Source: Macrostomum lignano (lineage: Eukaryota). Taken from it: 64,000 bases of DNA. Positions 59,413-64,000 of the stretch are shown in pieces. Numbering within the stretch: the first letter of the stretch is position 1; every line of letters begins with the position of its first letter. The notes under the pieces were generated by a model. It was not told the DNA's origin. It ran no database searches and saw only the letters and a program-made list of their open reading frames with translations. The stretch is from contig NIVC01000834.1 of NCBI GenBank assembly GCA_002269645.1, forward strand, positions 1 to 64,000, read 5' to 3'. Made by a program: the position numbers and the translations under genes.

Positions 59413-62400
59413 TGTTGGCACTGGCAGTGTGCTCAATTATATAGGGCTGATTACTACTCGCAAAGCAGGAATGGTGGATTACACCACAGCATCCTGCATT
59501 TGGACCATGAGTTCTAAATTGGCACTCTGTATTTTATTCACTGTTTTTTTTAATTTGAAGTATCAATAATTTTAAAATTATTAGGACTCTTGCAAGTTTA
59601 ATACTTCAATCAATTGTCAAATCTATAAATATGTAAACTTCACTAGGTTTGAGGTATAGTAATATAAAATGATAGGGCAAATATTTTATTTAATTTTAAA
59701 GTTTTGACTGCACCAGCAAGCAAGTTAGGTTTGAATTCGCCATCCTGACTTTGGACCTAAGATGCCAAATGTCACAGTGATTCTCAATGCTTAAATGGTG
59801 ATTTTTGTAAATATCCAACATATATTGATCATTTGTTATGCAAGTAATACCTTGTAATACATTACAACCTTATAGAGGTCAAGTTATTCTATACAAAAAA
59901 CGGAATATAGGATTATAGTTTAATAATTGGATAGTTAAAATATTAAAAAATTATGGATAGAATTACTCATAGGAATATATACACTCAGTTAGAGTCAATA
60001 TAAGAGTCAATAAAAGAAAACTTAGAACAGTATCCAGACTCCTTGGCATATAATAAATAGCAATGCTCGAAGTTAAACTATGAATTCTAGTAAAATATTG
60101 AGTGAATTAGTAGGATTAAATAACTGATTTAAACCTATGATAACACTGGTTGTAACATTAAAACAAAATTATAAATAGTTAGACATGTCTTAATTACAAA
60201 TAGTTAATACATAAATAACCCATTGGACAATATGATTTAATAAACCAATAGAATCAAGACTGTTACTCTTTTAATTGTGAGATTTGCATTGTAATTTATT
60301 AATCTTCTTTTCATTATCTAATTTTAAGATTTTAGGAATTTAAATCAAATGCAAATGCAGTCTTGCATTTAAGTTGGTAACCATCTAGGAAGAAATGTAT
60401 TAAACCTGGCCAGTCCACTTAGCTTTAAATATAAGATTATAGAAATATATGTTACACATATATAAATTATGAGACCTCATTTGTATGCCAGAACTAAAAA
60501 ATGTGTCATTGACATAATATTTTCACTGTGTTGACACAGTCACATAATTTGTCATGAAAAATGACAAATACCTTTATTGTATACTGGGAAATCCTGGCAT
60601 ATATGTTGTCTCACTCTCATATATGCCCAACCTCAAAATTTCACCCATGCAGTGCAACTTAGTTTTGTCCAGATTTGCAACTTAGTTCCTCCCAATTATG
60701 ACTTAGTTCCTCTTGATTGCAACTTAGTTCCTCTAATTGTGACTTAGTTCCTCTTGATTGCAACTTAGTTCCTCTAATTGTGACTTAATTTTTAATTTGT
60801 ATGACTTTTCTTGCCTTTTCTCTTTTTTTTCTCCTCTTTCCCTTCACTCTTTTCTCCCTCTATTTTTTCCTTTTCTCTTCCTTTCCTTTTTTTCTTTGCC
60901 AATTTTTTGTTTTTTTGCATTTTTAATTTTGTGACTTACCCTGGCTAGTAGCCATTTCACCCATCCAGTTTGGATGGGTCAGTTGGACAGGTGTTGGGCA
61001 TGTATGTGTTGTCTTCCAAACTATGGCAAATGAAAGAAGTACCAATGTAATAATATAATGTTATGTAATAATTATGCATAATGTAATAATGCAATGTAAT
61101 AATGTAATATACATAATTAGTACTTCTTTCATTTGCCATAGTTTGGAAGACAACATATATGCCAGGATTTTCTAGCATACAACAAAGGTACTTGCCATTT
61201 TTTAGCATACATCAGCATATATAACATAGCAGAAACATTATGTCAATGACACATTTTTAAGTTCTGGCATACAAATGAGATCTCATAATTTTTTCTAACA
61301 TTAGACCTGGCATACACAAATATATAATCCAAACTATGGTTCAGTTGTTAGTCATAACCATTTTTAATATATGGATTTAGTATATTTGGATATAATCTTA
61401 GAAATGTATACTTTTGTTCCAGAAACTAGAACATATTTATACCAATTTTCAAATAGTTTAGACTTTTGTATGACAATTTTTTAATTAGGACCTACATGAT
61501 AAAATTTATAAATTGTATATTAACAACATCTATTATCAAGACAATACTATATGGCTTCTCTATATTTGAAAATTCTGGTGTGCATAACTAAATTTTTTAG
61601 TCTTAGGCCTTGAATTTTACATTGAAGTCCAAAAATGCTTCTGTAAAATTGGTTTATATGATCTATTAAAACTAATTAGGCTAGTCAATAGGCAATAAGC
61701 AATAGGCAGGCCTATAGATAAGCAATAGGCCTATATTTTATTATATCATAACATAAAAAGCCACAAGCAACTGTCTGGATTATGCTAAATGCACACCCAA
61801 ACAAAATTTAAATAGTTACAAATGTATATCAAAAAAATTATTGAATATATGCCTAGTCTCAAATTTAGGCCAGTGTTGCAATAATAAATGATCTTTTTTT
61901 GCATTGCGACTAGGGATTAAAAAATCCTAATTTTTTGTGATCCCAGGATCCTAGGATTTAATCTTGGAATTTGGCCAATCCTGGGATTTAATCTTGGGAT
62001 TAGAAACACAGATTTTTAAGCTTTTAGGTAGAAATTTTGGCATTCCTTTGGTTTACAATTATCCCAAACAGTGACAATCACCTTAAATAGTGATAATCAC
62101 CACAAAAAAACAGTTGTAAGACATAAAATCCATAGTTTCCAATGAAATGAAATCAAATGTTGGCAAATTGACTTTGTTTATTTCAAAAGATAGTAAGATT
62201 GTCATAGCACCTTATATTTCACCTTTGGTTTACAATCACCCAAATGTATGTTGCCCATTAAAATGATTGTGAACCGAAGCTAGCTGTAAAAAAGTATACT
62301 AAGGGTTGACATGCTTTCCTGAAAATGGTTTTGCCTTTTTAGTTAGTTAGCCTTATTTTAGTTGAGTATAATTAAAACAATATAAGCCCCTAGGATTTTG

Positions 62401-64000
62401 GTCTAAAAAACTGCTTTTTAGATAGGAAAAATATAAATATAGGTTGGTGCCATTTGACATAAGGGCACTAGTATAGTTTTCTTTATGAAATTGTGCAAGG
62501 CCCTTCCCGATTTCTTTATAAAATAGTCACTGTTTAGTCAATTTGAATTTACGCCAAAACTAAGAAACATATTTTGTTTTAATACTCATATTTTCTATAA
62601 TATTTTGTGCTAATGAATTTTTGTTTAAAACTGTAGCAAATTTTAGTATAAATAGAAGCGTTTTTGGCGGAGGAGAGGCCAACCTCGCGCATTGCGGTTT
62701 CGCAATAAGTGATTGATAGCAAATAGTAAGAGTTCCAAGAAAATAAGAATTGAAAAAATGTTTTCTGTGTTAATTCCTTTTACAAAGTAAGAGTGAAATA
62801 GACTGAAACGTATACAGTAGATACTATTAAGAAGCAGTAGTATTGAGTAGTAAGAGTATACGAAGTAGATCTGAAGTGATATGTGTAATAATAACTGGAG
62901 GCTGTGACCCTCTGATCTCGGTAACACCCAAGGACTTGCAAAGTACATGGAATACATATACTAGTATAGCCAATAGACCACTCAGGCCAAAAGTACAATA
63001 AACACTACTGGAATAACAGAAGTAAAATCTTTCAGGGCTAATAGTTTTCTAAGAATAATACTCAGACTAAATACTCAGACCTATTCTAAGAAATATTCTT
63101 AGACTTATTCTAAGATTAATAAACTCATAATTTATTAATAGAATAGTATTGGTGGCAGCTACCAACATTTATAAACAGGAGTTTAGCCCTTTAACAACTT
63201 TAGTGACAGCTGTGGAATCATTTGAAGAGACAGAAGAATCAGCCCTTTGACAACTTGGTTGCAGCAATGGGATAATTTCAGTGAGAGCAATTACGCCTTT
63301 GACAACTTTAGTGTCAGTGGTTGAGATTTCTAGAGAGAGCTGAAAGGCCTTTGACAACTTGGTGGCAGCGGTGAGATCTCATATCGTATAGGAAAACCCA
63401 CTGTTACAACTTTGGTGGCATAACAGTGGGATTTTGTATCGTACAGGAAGGTATCCAGTCAATCTGGCAACAAGACAATCCAGCGACAGACAATCCGGCA
63501 ACAGTCAATCCGGCGACAGACGATCCAGCGACAGATATTAAATCAACATATATCAGCATATTTATGGATTAGTTGAGCTATTATTTTTAGCTTTTTATTA
63601 TTACCTATTAATACTTAAATAATTAAATAACAATTACATAAACTATAATTGTTGCAGTTATATTTTTAGAGCTCTACGTAGCTGTTGATTTTCAATATGT
63701 TATTTTCAAAGACAATCAATCAATTTAATCTGCTTGGAAAGCAAGTTTCTATGACTATGATCAATATTGTTGTATATATTGTATTTGCGACAATATTCAA
63801 GAGTCAAAGAACCAAAAAATTGCTATTCGCACAGCAACTTGTACGTGTTATTTTTAACACGTACACGTAACCTGCATTTAAAGTAACAAATACTGCATGG
63901 ACATACATGCGCAACCTTGGGAATCACTCGGCCGTTTCTATTGGCAACACACACATGTAAGTCGCTATTGGACGGAATAGTACTCACGTGACTGCTCTCC

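Larger units (their letters stand above)
50618..62432. repeat. Head-to-tail tandem segmental duplication: unit 1 50618-56331, unit 2 56339-62432
   Basis: Near-identical sequence at offsets 5721, then 6073-6119. Junction filler TAGATAG at 56332-56338. Confidence 0.93.

Noticed and set aside
62433-64000. Short ORFs and degenerate repeats (63160-63535) at the window end
   Set aside because: AT-rich, with no recognisable domain or splice pattern; nothing supportable beyond low-complexity repeats.

Overview
Eukaryotic (animal) genomic DNA with GC-rich spliced exons and introns/intergenic spacers packed with about 40 different minisatellite arrays. The style is most like the flatworm Macrostomum lignano; this is an inference from sequence style, not a database match. 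+ strand, 1-33252: the 3' two-thirds of a multi-PDZ scaffold gene (MPDZ/MUPP1-like, end of PDZ4 to PDZ13, about 21 exons), with several small frameshifting deletions confined to the first 5 kb. - strand, a co-oriented cluster converging on it: proteasome alpha-5 (PSMA5, 3 exons), a 1204-codon FG-nucleoporin ORF with no start ATG that opens exactly at a splice acceptor, ribosomal protein S3 (3 exons) and a SIAH/Sina E3 ligase (2 exons). A ~5.7-6.1 kb tandem duplication (50618-56331 vs 56339-62432) makes a second, C-terminally truncated SIAH copy, with a templated insertion at the junction. Also present: a tRNA-derived CORE-like SINE whose 5' A-box end has been amplified into a ~60-copy array, a 231-bp cassette plus 12-mer array shared by the rps3 and SIAH introns, and a foldback/MITE-like element. 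Best leads: (1) an operon-like cluster where the flatworm spliced leader's terminal AUG could supply the nucleoporin start codon; (2) phase-0, CAG|G-flanked, minisatellite-filled introns suggesting lineage-specific intron gain; (3) the SIAH duplication. Most long ORFs in the supplied track are translations of non-coding tandem repeats.
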